A stretch of DNA of 64,000 nucleotides from positions 224,001 through 288,000 of the forward strand of contig CAVYZN010000011.1 in assembly GCA_963773065.1 (NCBI GenBank), read 5' to 3'. How positions within the stretch are numbered: the first letter of the stretch is position 1; every line of letters begins with the position of its first letter. Both the position numbers and the translations under genes were made by a program. Origin of the DNA: an uncultured Gammaproteobacteria bacterium (lineage in GTDB: Bacteria > Pseudomonadota > Gammaproteobacteria > UBA9214). The notes beneath the pieces are model-generated. The model did no database searches. It was not told the DNA's origin and saw only the letters and a list, made by a program, of their open reading frames with translations. Below are positions 53,771 to 64,000 of the stretch, piece after piece.

Positions 53771-54643
53771 CTACCCGGCAATCAGGTATACCCCGGCAAT
53801 CATCAAGGACCCCGCGGCGAGATTTCGCTTCAGGCCCGTCTCGCCGAACAGCCACGCGCCATACAGTATCCCGAACAACAGACTGGTGCGCTTCACCGCG
53901 ATCATATACGCGACCGCAACGTGCGCAATGGCGTAAAAATGCGCCAGCACCATGCCGCCCATGAACAGACCCACCAGCAGATGCGCCCATGGATGCCGGC
54001 CCAGCACCCGCCAGGTCCTGACGTCACGCGAGGCGAACAACAGGGTGGCTGCCGCGCCCAGCAGGACGAAATAAAACGGACCGAAGAATCCCGGCGTCAC
54101 ATACTGCAATGCTCCCTTGCCCATCACCGACGTCAGGCTGTATAGCGCCGCCACCCCCAGCATCAGCCGTGAACCCCGCTCCCGGGCAATCGCCCGAAAC
54201 GCCGCCATGAAGGCCGGCCGCCTCCCGTCATGCAGGGCATTCAGGTTGAGCAGCCAGGCCCCGCACACCACCAGTGCGATCCCGGCAAAGCCCGGCAGAG
54301 TCACGGTTTCGCCCAGCAATACATACCCGGTGACGACATTGAACACCGGGGTGAAGGCCAGGTAGGGCAGTGTCAGCGACAAGGGGCATTCCCGGATGGC
54401 CTTCATGTAGAGCCACATGGCGAGTATCTCGAGCGGCAGCAGAGTCGCCAGCCAGCCCCAGAAGGGCGGTGCCGGCGCCGGCCAGGGTTGCAGCGCCAGC
54501 AGCGGCGACAACAGCAGGCCGGTCACGCCGAAGCGCACCAGCGTCATTTGCCCCGGACGATAATCCGACAGATAGCGCTTCGTGAGCGCATCGGCGGTCG
54601 CGAGACAGAAAGCCGATAGCAGGGTCAGACCGAACCAGTGCAT
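53771..54643 (-). CDS. EamA/DMT-family transporter
   Basis: Two hydrophobic repeats; PLS.T.PYLAFTP, VAYMIAVKR. Confidence 0.88.
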   Translation of the reverse strand: MHWFGLTLLSAFCLATADALTKRYLSDYRPGQMTLVRFGVTGLLLSPLLALQPWPAPAPPFWGWLATLLPLEILAMWLYMKAIRECPLSLTLPYLAFTPVFNVVTGYVLLGETVTLPGFAGIALVVCGAWLLNLNALHDGRRPAFMAAFRAIARERGSRLMLGVAALYSLTSVMGKGALQYVTPGFFGPFYFVLLGAAATLLFASRDVRTWRVLGRHPWAHLLVGLFMGGMVLAHFYAIAHVAVAYMIAVKRTSLLFGILYGAWLFGETGLKRNLAAGSLMIAGVYLIAG

Positions 54644-54897
54644 AGCAGGGACCGAAGTACAGGGATGTCAAAGTCGTCGCGCGAGGCAGGAGTCCGGGAG
54701 CGACCTTGAGAATTCCGGCAACCGTACTGCGAAACACGGCCGGGGTGCAATTACGCATGACCCCGGTGCATTACCTTCGCTATGAAGCGGAGGCTGTCTG
54801 GGGGAAATCCGCTAAACACCGGCGCGGCTGAACACCCCATGGAATGGAACTGCTACTATGATAATAGCGGGACGTGCCTGTAGAGGGAGATGTGCAC

Positions 54898-55120
54898 ATG
54901 ACAGACCACCACCAGCGACTGGCCCGGCAGGTTGTCGATAACTTCAGGAATTCACTCAGCGGGGAGGCGCGCGAGTATATCCCCGAGGCGCAATTTGAGG
55001 ATCTTGTCGGCGGCGGTCCACCAATTGCTTACCCACGAGCACGAACATATCACCGATCTGCTCGATGCACTCGTCAGGACCCTGCGTGGCGGCGTGGAGA
55101 AACCAGAGATCGGTTTGTAA
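54898..55120 (+). CDS. small hypothetical protein (apparent indel ~55.01 kb)
   Basis: RBS gaggga; MTDHHQRLARQVVDNFR...QFEDL joins AVHQLLTHE...LRGGVEKPEIGL. Confidence 0.55.
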
Positions 55121-55203
55121 ACCGGCACGGCAACGCCGTTGAGGCCGGGCCGGTATACCGTGGGCTTACGATATCGGCAGGCAGCAGTCGCGCCGGATCG
55201 CGC

Positions 55204-55911
55204 TCAGGCGATGATCGCCTGTTTCTCGAGTTTGAACGCCTCCGGCTGTGCATTGACCCGGCCCGTCTCCAGCCAGTCAATCAGGGATCGCCACTGGTCG
55301 CGGTCCGCGCGCGTGAGGTTGGTCTTCAGCTCGTGTATTCCCCTGCCTTCCGCCGCCGCCTGCACGTAGTATTGTGAATCACGCAGGCAGGCCACCGGTG
55401 GCCTGCCCTCTTCGTTTAGAAACTGCAGCAGCAACTGGAAGGCGCGCGTGTTCCGGTGGACCCGGTTGGCCACGATGGCTATCGGTGCGCCGGGGGCATG
55501 CAGGCGCATCTCGGTGCCGAGGTCCCCGATGAAGGCGGAGGTTACCCGGCAATCGATGAAGGAAGGAAGGAGCGGAATGATTATGGCCGAGGCATCACGC
55601 AGTACCTCGACCAAGTCCATGCGCTTCATGGAGGCCGGGGTATCCAGGATAATGCGCTGCGTCCCGGGTGGTACACGCATCTGGAATGAACGGGTGAAAT
55701 GGCCTGCGGGCGGGTGGGCAGCCGCCACGCCGTGAATCTTCGCCAGGTGCTCAGGCCGCAAACTGAGCCAACGGGTGGCGGAATCCTGCGGGTCATAATC
55801 CAACAGAGCGGAAGGATAGCCGTTGGCGGCGTAGTAACTGGCCAGGTTGGTGGACAAGGTCGTCTTGCCACATCCTCCCTTGCTGTTGATAACGACGATC
55901 TTTCGAATCAT
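55204..55911 (-). CDS. ParA/MinD-family ATPase (orphan)
   Basis: NSKGGCGKTT deviant Walker A, D.DPQ.S, ILDTP, VANRV. Confidence 0.9.
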   Translation of the reverse strand: MIRKIVVINSKGGCGKTTLSTNLASYYAANGYPSALLDYDPQDSATRWLSLRPEHLAKIHGVAAAHPPAGHFTRSFQMRVPPGTQRIILDTPASMKRMDLVEVLRDASAIIIPLLPSFIDCRVTSAFIGDLGTEMRLHAPGAPIAIVANRVHRNTRAFQLLLQFLNEEGRPPVACLRDSQYYVQAAAEGRGIHELKTNLTRADRDQWRSLIDWLETGRVNAQPEAFKLEKQAIIA

Positions 55912-56402
55912 TGGTTCCTCATGACGCTTGGCGGGCCGGTCCTGGCCTGCGAGATCGCGCGTAGTCTACTACGGATGGTGCCGATTTTCCGCTTCAAGTA
56001 TCGCGGCCCTCTCATAATGACCAGGATGCACCTTTGTGGCGCAGCGCATAATGCCAGCCACCGCGCGGCCCGGTTGGCATCCTGGCAGATGCAGACGTCA
56101 CGGCCTGGGAGTGCTCATTGCCGGGAACCCGTTGACTGGTATGACTATATTATATTTGCCGGATTATATGCCGGCTTGACGTGGCAGCATGGTGGAACAT
56201 GCCGGGCAGGACAAGGAATGTCTTTTTATCACGACAGTGATTCTCATGACTTGCATACTGCGTTAATCTTGGCCATCTTTCAGACCGACTCCCGCTACGG
56301 ACATCCCGCCTCCTTGCCGCGGCGAGAGGGTGATTACTCGACAACCGGGACAGGCCCTGAATCCCATGCAAACAAGCTGAACATCGACCACGGGAAAGCG
56401 AC

Positions 56403-57921
56403 GTGAAGCCAAAACCTGTCTTACTGGCCATCTTCGACGGATTCGGACTCAACCCCAGCCGCGCGCACAACGCCTGGGCCCTGGCGCGCACTCCCCACCT
56501 CGACCATTATTTCGCCTCCTATCCGCACACCGCGCTGCAGGCCTCCGGCCGGGCCGTCGGCCTGCCGGACGGGCAATTCGGCAACTCCGAGGTCGGCCAC
56601 CTCACGCTGGGATCGGGCCGCATCCTCGAACAGGACCTGATGCGCATCGCCGACGCCATCTATGACGGCTCGGTGACGGCTAGCACGGCCTGGCAGGGCA
56701 TGCTCGAGGGGACGCGCTGCCTGCACCTGGTCGGCATGGTGTCGGACGGCGGCGTGCACTCCCATATCGAACACCTGCTCGGCATCCTCGATCTGCTGCG
56801 TAGGACGGCGGTCGAGCCGGTGCTGCACATGTTTACCGACGGGCGTGATACGGCGCCGAAAGCCGCGCTTGGCTATCTGTCGAGGATCGAGGAAACCCTG
56901 GGCAAGCTGGGCAGGGGGCGCATCGCCACGGTGAGTGGACGTTATTCCGCGATGGACCGGGCCAAACACTGGGACCGCACGCAGCGCGCCTGGTCGGCGC
57001 TGGTGCGCGGTGAGGGGTTCAGTGCGGAGACTCCCCGGGAAGCCATCGAGTCGGCCTATGCGCGCGGCGAGGGCGATGAGTTTATTCAACCCACGGTGAT
57101 GACCGGATACCGCGGGATTGCCGAGGATGAACCGGTGCTGTTCTTCAACTTCCGCAGCGACCGCGCGCGCCAGTTATCGGCCGCCCTGGGACTGGCGGAA
57201 TTCGACGCCTTCGATCGCGGCGGCGCCGGCACTGAGGCGGCTGGTGTGCATGACCGAATACGATGCCACCTATCCGTTTCCCGTGCTGTTTTCACCCCAG
57301 ATTCCCGAGCAGGTGCTGGCACAGGTGATCAGCGAGGCCGGTCTGCGGCAGCTGCACTGTGCCGAAACCGAGAAATATCCGCACGTGACCTATTTCTTCA
57401 ATGGCGGGCGCGAGCCCCCCTATGCCGGCGAAGACCGGATTATCGTTCCCTCGCCGCAGGTCGCGACCTATGACGAACAGCCGGAGATGAGCGCCTCCAA
57501 GGTCGCCGACCGGCTGATCAGCGCGATCGAAAGCGATACCTATGACTTTGTTCTGACCAATTTCGCCAACACCGACATGGTCGGCCACACGGCGCGTCCG
57601 GCGGCGATCATCCGTGCCGTCGAGACCCTCGACAACGAGAGCCACCGCGTGTTCCGGGTCGCGCTGGAACGCGGCTGGCGCGTGTTGCTGACCTCGGATC
57701 ATGGCAACTGCGACGAGATGGTCAACCCCAACACCGGCGAGCCGCATACCCAGCACACTGAATATCCGGTCCCGTTTCTGATCATGGGGCAGGGTCCGGT
57801 GCGACTCGGCATCGGACGCGGCCTGGCGGATATCGCACCCACGGTGCTGGATCTGCTGGGTCTGCCGCGCCCCCCCGCCATGACCGGACGCAGTTTACTC
57901 CTCAAGCAAGGTCTGAGATAA
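56403..57921 (+). CDS. gpmI: 2,3-BPG-independent phosphoglycerate mutase (apparent indel ~57.23 kb)
   Basis: DGFG, GNSEVGH, SDGGVHSH, DGRD, GRY.AMDR, NFRSDR, AETEKYPHVT, DMVGH, SDHGN. Confidence 0.95.
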
Positions 57922-57934
57922 ACCGGAGACACCG

Positions 57935-58891
57935 ATGACGGAAAACAGTAGTAAGCCCATCGCCGTGCTCGCCCTGAATCCTGCCGTGGATATCAGCTAC
58001 GAGCTGCCGCAACTGATCGCCGACCGCAAGGTCTCCGCGGACCGGACCTCCTACCACCCGGGGGGAAACGGTATCAATGTGGCCCGTTCCTTCACCGAAC
58101 TCGGCATCCCCATCCATTGCACCAGTGTGATCGGGGGGGAAAGCGGCGACCTGTTGTTGCGGCTGCTTGGGGATACCCTGGGCGATAATCATGCCTATTT
58201 TCGGGTCGCGGGCGAGACGCGACTGAATGCCACCCTGCTGCAGAAGTCACCGCCGACCCAGTACGAGGTCGACAGCCGCGGGCCTGAGATTCCACCGGCG
58301 TTGCTGGAGGATCTGTCTAACCGCTTTCTGGCGGACTGCGGCGCGGGTATTGCCATCCTGACCGGTTCGGTCCCGCCCGGTGTGCCGGATGATCATTACC
58401 GTATACTGGCCGAGCGCGTCAAGGCACAGGGTGGCAGGGCGGTGGTCGATGCCTATGGACCGGTGCTGCAGGAGGCCTTGCGGGCGCAACCCTATCTGGT
58501 GCGGCTCAACCGCTATGTCATGGAAATGAATATCAAACGCCGTCTGGAAAACATAGAGGAAGTCGCCATGGCGGCACGCGAAGTCCAGCAGCGCGGCATC
58601 GAGTTCGTGTGTATTTCCCTCGCTTCCGAGGGCGCCATACTGTCCGGCCCCAGGAACAGCTACCACTGCCCCGCACCGCGGGTGCGCGTCCATTCAACGG
58701 TCGGTTGCGGCGATGCGATGGTCGCGGGGCTGGTGGCCGCGCTCTATCGCGGCGAGAACCCTGAGGCCATGCTGCGCTTCGGGGTGATCTGCGGCAGCGC
58801 CACGGCCTCCCACCAGGGAACGGAGCTTTTCACCCGCGCGGAAGTCGAGCAATCCGCATACGACCTGGAGATCACGAAGCTGAATATCTGA
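57935..58891 (+). CDS. 1-phosphofructokinase-family (PfkB) hexose kinase
   Basis: LNPAVD, PGGNGINVA, GETR.N, GS.PPG, STVGCGD. Confidence 0.9.
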   Translation: MTENSSKPIAVLALNPAVDISYELPQLIADRKVSADRTSYHPGGNGINVARSFTELGIPIHCTSVIGGESGDLLLRLLGDTLGDNHAYFRVAGETRLNATLLQKSPPTQYEVDSRGPEIPPALLEDLSNRFLADCGAGIAILTGSVPPGVPDDHYRILAERVKAQGGRAVVDAYGPVLQEALRAQPYLVRLNRYVMEMNIKRRLENIEEVAMAAREVQQRGIEFVCISLASEGAILSGPRNSYHCPAPRVRVHSTVGCGDAMVAGLVAALYRGENPEAMLRFGVICGSATASHQGTELFTRAEVEQSAYDLEITKLNI

Positions 58892-59037
58892 GCCCGCGGT
58901 GGCCTAGTTTTACTGGAATTCACCGGTAAAATCATTCACGAAACAGGCATGCCCCCGGCGATCGGGGTACACTGGCAAGGAACACGGTCCTGTGCATTGT
59001 TCCCGTTGGTGGTCAACGAGGAAAGGAGAGGCCGGAT

Positions 59038-60328
59038 ATGTCGATAAGATTCGAAGTCGATAGGCGGAATGGGCCGGAGATAGCGCCTGTACTGGGGCTG
59101 CCGAAGCCGGTTCCTCCCAGCCGTGGTCCGGTACACCAGACCGAGCGCTGGCTCACGAAGCGGCTGCTCGAGATGGCCGGCAACCCGCCGCTCGCCATCG
59201 TGCTCTGGGACGGTACCGAGATCAAGACATGCCGTCAGCCGGTGCTCGGCCGGCTGCTGATCCACGATCGCCGCGCGCTGCGGAAACTGGCCGTCAATCC
59301 CGACCTCGAACTCGGTGAACTCTATGGCGCCGGACGCATCGATGTGGAAGGCGACCTCGCGCAGGTACTGGAAATTGTCTATCGCACGCAGACCGCGGCC
59401 CACACCAGCGGCGCCAGGGTTCTGGGGCTGCTGCCGGCAGTGTCGCGGCGTCCACGCAACACGCTCTCGCGTGCCCGCGAAAACATCCATCATCACTACG
59501 ATATCGGCAACGAGTTCTACCGGCTGTGGCTCGATGAGCAGTTGGTGTACACCTGCGCCTATTACCCCACGCAGACCGAAACGCTGGAGCAGGCGCAGCA
59601 CGCCAAGCTCGATTACGTATGCCGCAAGCTGCGCCTCAAGCCCGGTGATCGCGTGGTCGATGCGGGCTGCGGCTGGGGCGCGCTCGCCCTGCACATGGGG
59701 CGCCACTACGGCGTCAGCGTCAAGGCATTCAACATCTCGCATGAGCAGATTGCCTTCGCCCGCGAACGGGCCCGTCGCGAAGGACTGGAGGATCGCGTCG
59801 AATTCATCGAGGACGACTACCGCAACATGAGCGGGGAATTCGACGCGTTTGCCTCCGTCGGGATGCTGGAACACGTCGGCGTGGCCAACTACGGGCAGCT
59901 CGGTGCGCTCGTGGACCGGGTACTGACACCCGAGGGGCGCGGTCTGATCCACAGCATCGGCCGCGATCTAGCCCATGCCGACCAACGCCTGGATCGACCG
60001 GCGAATTTTCCCGGGCGCGCAGCCGCCCAGTATCGGCGAGATGATCGGACTGTTCGAAACCAGAGGTTTCTCGGTGCTGGATGTCGAGAACCTGCGCCTG
60101 CACTACGCGCGCACACTGGAGCACTGGTCCGAGCGTTTCGAGCAGTCGGTCGAGCGCATCCGGGATATGTTCGATGAGTCCTTCGTGCGTGTCTGGCGTA
60201 TGTACCTGGCCAGTTCGATCGCGGCCTTCCGCGGCGGGACGCTGCAGCTCTTCCAGGTGATCTTCACCCGCAGCGGCAACAACGATATACCCTGGACGCG
60301 CCAGTACCTTTACCGGGATGGGGAATGA
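59038..60328 (+). CDS. Cfa-like SAM-dependent fatty-acid methyltransferase (apparent indel ~59.97 kb)
   Basis: HHYDIGNEFY, YTCAYY, LEQAQ..K, D.GCGWG, SVGMLEHVG, IFPG, HYARTL..W. Confidence 0.9.
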
Positions 60329-61446
60329 ACCCGGAGCGCTGCGATGCCCTGGTGGTGGGCGGCGGACCGGCCGGATCCAGTTGCGCGTGGAAACTCGTTC
60401 AGGCCGGTCTGGACGTGCTGGTGCTCGACAAGCAGATGTTTCCACGCGACAAGGTGTGCGCGGGCTGGGTGACGCCGCCGGTGCTGGACGCGCTGCGGCT
60501 CGACCTAGAACACTATCGGCGCGAGCGCGTGCTGCAGCCGATCTCGGGATTTCGCACCGGGCTGATCGACGGTTCCCCGGTAGTGACCGGCTATGACCGC
60601 ACGGTGAGCTACGGCATCCGCCGCTGCGAATTCGATCACTATCTGCTGCAACACAGCCATGCCCGCCTGGCGCTCGGTGAACCGCTGGAGAGCATCGAGC
60701 GAGTTGCCGGCCACTGGCTGGTCAACAATCGCATCGAATCACCGCTGCTGATCGGCGCGGGCGGACACTTCTGTCCGGTTGCGCGCCATCTCGGGGCGAG
60801 TCTGGGTGGTGATGAACGCGTGGTGGCCGCAAAGGAGATCGAGTTTGAAATGAGTGTGGCGCAACGGCGCGCCTGCCGCATCGAGGCGGAACGGCCCGAG
60901 CTGTATTTTTGCCGCGACCTGCAGGGTTACGGCTGGGTGTTCCGCAAGGGCGACTACCTCAACATCGGCCTGGGGCGTGAAGACAATCATAAACTGGCCG
61001 AACATGTCGAGGATTTCCTGGCCTTCCTCCGGCGCGCGCACAGGATTGAGAATGACATATCCGGCCGCTTCAAGGGCCACGCCTACATACTGCATGGTCA
61101 CGTCGATCGCAAGCGGCTGGACGATGGCGTGCTGCTGATCGGCGATGCCGCGGGGCTTGCTTACCCGCAGAGCGGTGAAGGCATCCGTCCGGCGGTCGAG
61201 TCCGGCCTGCTCGCCGCCGCGGCGATCATCGCCGCGGACGGTGACTTTTGCGCCGCACGACTCGCGCCTTATTGCCGGCGCCTCGACGAACGTTTCGGCA
61301 TGGGCAGAGCATCCACACCCGGTGCCTTGGCCGCTGTTCTGCGTAATTTCCTTGGCAGCAGGCTGCTCGGTAATGTTTGGTTTACCCGCAACGTGGTGCT
61401 GGACCGCTGGTTCCTGCATAGCCGACAGGCGCCCCTGCGTACCTAG
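60325..61446 (+). CDS. geranylgeranyl-reductase-family FAD oxidoreductase
   Basis: VVGGGPAGS, FPRDKVCAG, R.EFD, GYGWVF.K, GDAAG...SGEGI; overlaps the methyltransferase stop (ATGA). Confidence 0.88.
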   Translation: MNPERCDALVVGGGPAGSSCAWKLVQAGLDVLVLDKQMFPRDKVCAGWVTPPVLDALRLDLEHYRRERVLQPISGFRTGLIDGSPVVTGYDRTVSYGIRRCEFDHYLLQHSHARLALGEPLESIERVAGHWLVNNRIESPLLIGAGGHFCPVARHLGASLGGDERVVAAKEIEFEMSVAQRRACRIEAERPELYFCRDLQGYGWVFRKGDYLNIGLGREDNHKLAEHVEDFLAFLRRAHRIENDISGRFKGHAYILHGHVDRKRLDDGVLLIGDAAGLAYPQSGEGIRPAVESGLLAAAAIIAADGDFCAARLAPYCRRLDERFGMGRASTPGALAAVLRNFLGSRLLGNVWFTRNVVLDRWFLHSRQAPLRT

Positions 61447-61640
61447 CCCGCGTTGGCCGCTGGCAAGTAAAAAAGTACACTGAGGTGCCTGCATGCCTTC
61501 CGCGCGCCGTGTGCTCCGGCGGCCAAGGAAGCGACTGGATTGCCTGTGCAGCCTTGTTCTTACAGCCACTGCCTCAAAACCATTCTATCGTGTATGAGGC
61601 GACATTTTTTCTTGTCTACCGGTACGGATCGGGGTCGCAT

Positions 61641-63426
61641 ATGAGTGTATTCAAAATGGCCAACCTCAAGTGGCGCCGGATATTCCCGTTTTTGGGGTGG
61701 TGGCCGCTGCTTGGCCGGGAGTCGCTGCGGGCCGATTTCTTTGCGGGTCTTACCGGCGCCGTCATCGTGCTGCCCCAAGGTGTTGCTTTTGCCTTGATCG
61801 CCGGCCTGCCGCCGCAGTACGGTCTCTATACTGCCATCGTGACGCCGATCGTGGCGGGATTGTTCGGTTCTTCGCGTCACCTGATCTCGGGGCCCACCAC
61901 CGCGATTTCCATCGTGGTATTGGCCACGGTCAAGCCCTTCGCGGTGCCCGGCAGCCCGGATTTCATCAATATGGTGCTGACCCTGACCTTCCTCGCCGGC
62001 GCTTTTCAACTGGCCCTCGGCCTGGCACGCATGGGCCAGCTGGTCAATTTCATCTCCCACAGCGTGGTGATCGGCTTTACCGCGGGTGCCGCCATCCTCA
62101 TCGCCACCAGTCAGCTCAAGCATTATATTGGTGTGAAGCTGCCGCCTGGCGAGTCCTTCGTGCATACCGTGGATCGACCTGTATGGCCAGTTGCCGAATC
62201 TCAACGGCTATGCCGCCGCAACGGCCAGCGTCACCCTGCTAACCGCCATCCTGTTCAGGCGTTACCGGCCGCGCTGGCCGGGCATGCTGTTCGCCATGGT
62301 CCTCGGCAGCCTGACGAGCCTGTTGATGGCGGGCGAGCAGCACGGGGTCAACCTGGTCGGTTCCCTGCCGGCCCGGCTGCCACCTCTGTCGCACCCCGAT
62401 TTCTCCCTGGCGACGATACGTCTCCTCGGCCCGGGGGCACTGGCGGTGGCGCTGCTGGGTCTTATCGAGGCGGTGTCCATCGCACGCGCGATCGCGACCC
62501 GGTCGGGCCAGCGCATCAACGGCGACCAGGAATTCATCGGCCAGGGTCTCTCCAATATGGTCGGCAGCTTCTTCTCGAGTTACGCCGGTTCCGGTTCCTT
62601 TACCCGCTCCGGCATCAACTACCAGGCGGGCGCCCGCACGCCCATGGCAGCCTTATTTGCGGCGCTCATGCTGGCGGTCGTGCTGCTGGTGGTGGCGCCA
62701 CTCACCGCCTATCTGCCGATGCCCGCCATGGCGGGCATCATCCTGCTGGTGGCTTACAACCTGATCGATTTCCACCACATCAGGCAGGTCCTCCGCGCAA
62801 GCCAGTCGGATGCGGCCGTGCTGATCACCACCTTCCTGTCGACCCTGTTCCTGGAGCTGGAGTTCGCGATCTATATCGGGGTGATCCTGTCGCTGGTGCT
62901 GTATCTGAACCGTACCTCAAAACCGCGCATCTACACGGTGGCGCCCGACCCGGCCGACGGGCTGCGGCGCATGGCCGTGAAGACGGGCCTCAAGGAATGC
63001 CCGCAGCTGCGCATCATCCGTATCGACGGTTCGCTGTTCTTCGGGGCGGTGAATCACGTAGCCGGGACCTTCCACATGTTCGAACAGCGGGATTCCGAGC
63101 GCCGCCATCTCCTGATCGTGGCCAGCGGCATCAATTTCATGGACGTCGCGGGCGCGGAACTGTTGATCGAGGAGGCCCGGCGCCGGCGCAAGCATGGCGG
63201 CGGCCTTTACTTGGCGAAGGCGAAGGAGGGCTTGTGCGAGTCGTTGCGCAAGGGCGGCTACCTGGAGGAGTTCGGCGCGGAGAACGTTTTCCAGTCCAAG
63301 GGCGAGGCCATTGCGGCGATCTTCGAGAAGCTTGACCGGGAACGTTGCCGCCGCTGTGACAAGCGCATTTTCAGCGAATGTGCGACGGTCGAGTTCGTCG
63401 GGCTGCCGGGTGAGGCCGTCCACTGA
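61641..63426 (+). CDS. SulP/SLC26 anion transporter with STAS domain (apparent indel ~62.17 kb)
   Basis: D..AGLT.A...PQGVAFA..AGLP..YGLY, GPT, NMVGSFF..Y..SGSFTRS, STAS GSLFFG; C-terminal CxxC..IF.EC. Confidence 0.92.
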
Positions 63427-63516
63427 GCGCGAGGGTCTCTTCCCGTGCCATCTACAGGAAACGGCGGATTAACCGAGAACGCATTTCGATCAACCGAGTT
63501 TCCTGCCGTAAGGAAA

Positions 63517-63532
63517 GGTGACAGTTGTCACA
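63517..63532. promoter_or_regulatory. CRP/Clp-like box
   Basis: gGTGA-cagttg-TCACA, containing palindrome gtgaca-gt-tgtcac, upstream of the last ORF. Confidence 0.4.
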
Positions 63533-63789
63533 GTTCGGAAGATCAGGTTTTAAACTGTCCTTCGATGCCGATGTAGTTGTGGATCGGCCTGATGCATTAG
63601 CTACGAATGTAATCGAAATGACATGCAAGGCGCGCGGCGCAACATGTCTGCTGAGCGAAACGGATGCCGCCGGTGGACACGAAGCCGGGAGACAGGAAGT
63701 GCAGAGGGACGCAAGAGCGTCATCGCAATGCCGATGCTGAAATCGACGCCGTCGCATGATACGTGTAAACATCAAGAAGGGGGCAAATC

Positions 63790-64000
63790 ATGAAATGCAG
63801 TATATCCTTGTTTGTGGCGAGTTCGTTCCTGTCGGGTATTATCGCGGCATCAGGCGTTGCCTATTCCCGGTCCACCGATGCCGGGGTCAGGTTTTTCGGA
63901 CGGGGGGCGCCGGCAAATATTCAAGGTCTGCCTGCGGGAGATTTGCGCAAGTCCATCGAATCCCTTCCAGCGCAGGCACGCGACCGCGCCCTCGCCTGGC
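63790..64000 (+). CDS. secreted protein, N-terminus only (runs off the right edge)
   Basis: MKCSISLFVASSFLSGIIAASGVAYS signal-peptide-like start; purine-rich RBS gaagggg; open to the window end. Confidence 0.6.
   Translation, partial: MKCSISLFVASSFLSGIIAASGVAYSRSTDAGVRFFGRGAPANIQGLPAGDLRKSIESLPAQARDRALAW

Overview
Gammaproteobacterial chromosome segment, judged from core gene content and order, with two parts. (1) Positions 1-36.5 kb form an accessory island densely packed with nested insertion sequences (IS1634, IS3 x4, IS1182, a large IS21-like element, IS4 with a DUF4338 domain, ISL3, ISNCY, IS200, IS701, IS5) and decayed rve/'integrase core' remnants. Cargo between them includes a papain + alpha/beta-hydrolase fusion, a tandem CBM21-like protein, VapBC, AhpD, a SnoaL-hydrolase fusion, a broken MmeI-like R-M gene with a putative nuclease partner, DUF4160/DUF2442, and DOMON-like + NamZ. 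An AT-rich DSF quorum-sensing locus (rpfF convergent with rpfG-rpfC, 32.7-40.3 kb) overlaps its right end. (2) Positions 40.6-64 kb are GC-rich core genes: valS, holC, pepA, lptFG, RDD, tRNA-Glu(CUC), pcnB, folK, dNK, panBCD, EamA, ParA-like, gpmI, PfkB kinase, Cfa-like methyltransferase, GGR-family reductase and SulP. Many carry indels that are probably assembly errors. The best candidate for an undescribed system is the IS21-like element at 6258-11270 (TGT...ACA inverted repeats, 6-bp target duplication). Besides istA/istB it carries a two-domain structured RNA leader, a Cys-rich basic protein and a 67-aa protein ending in a clamp-binding/SSB-tail-like motif. All family assignments come from motif recognition by eye; no searches were run.
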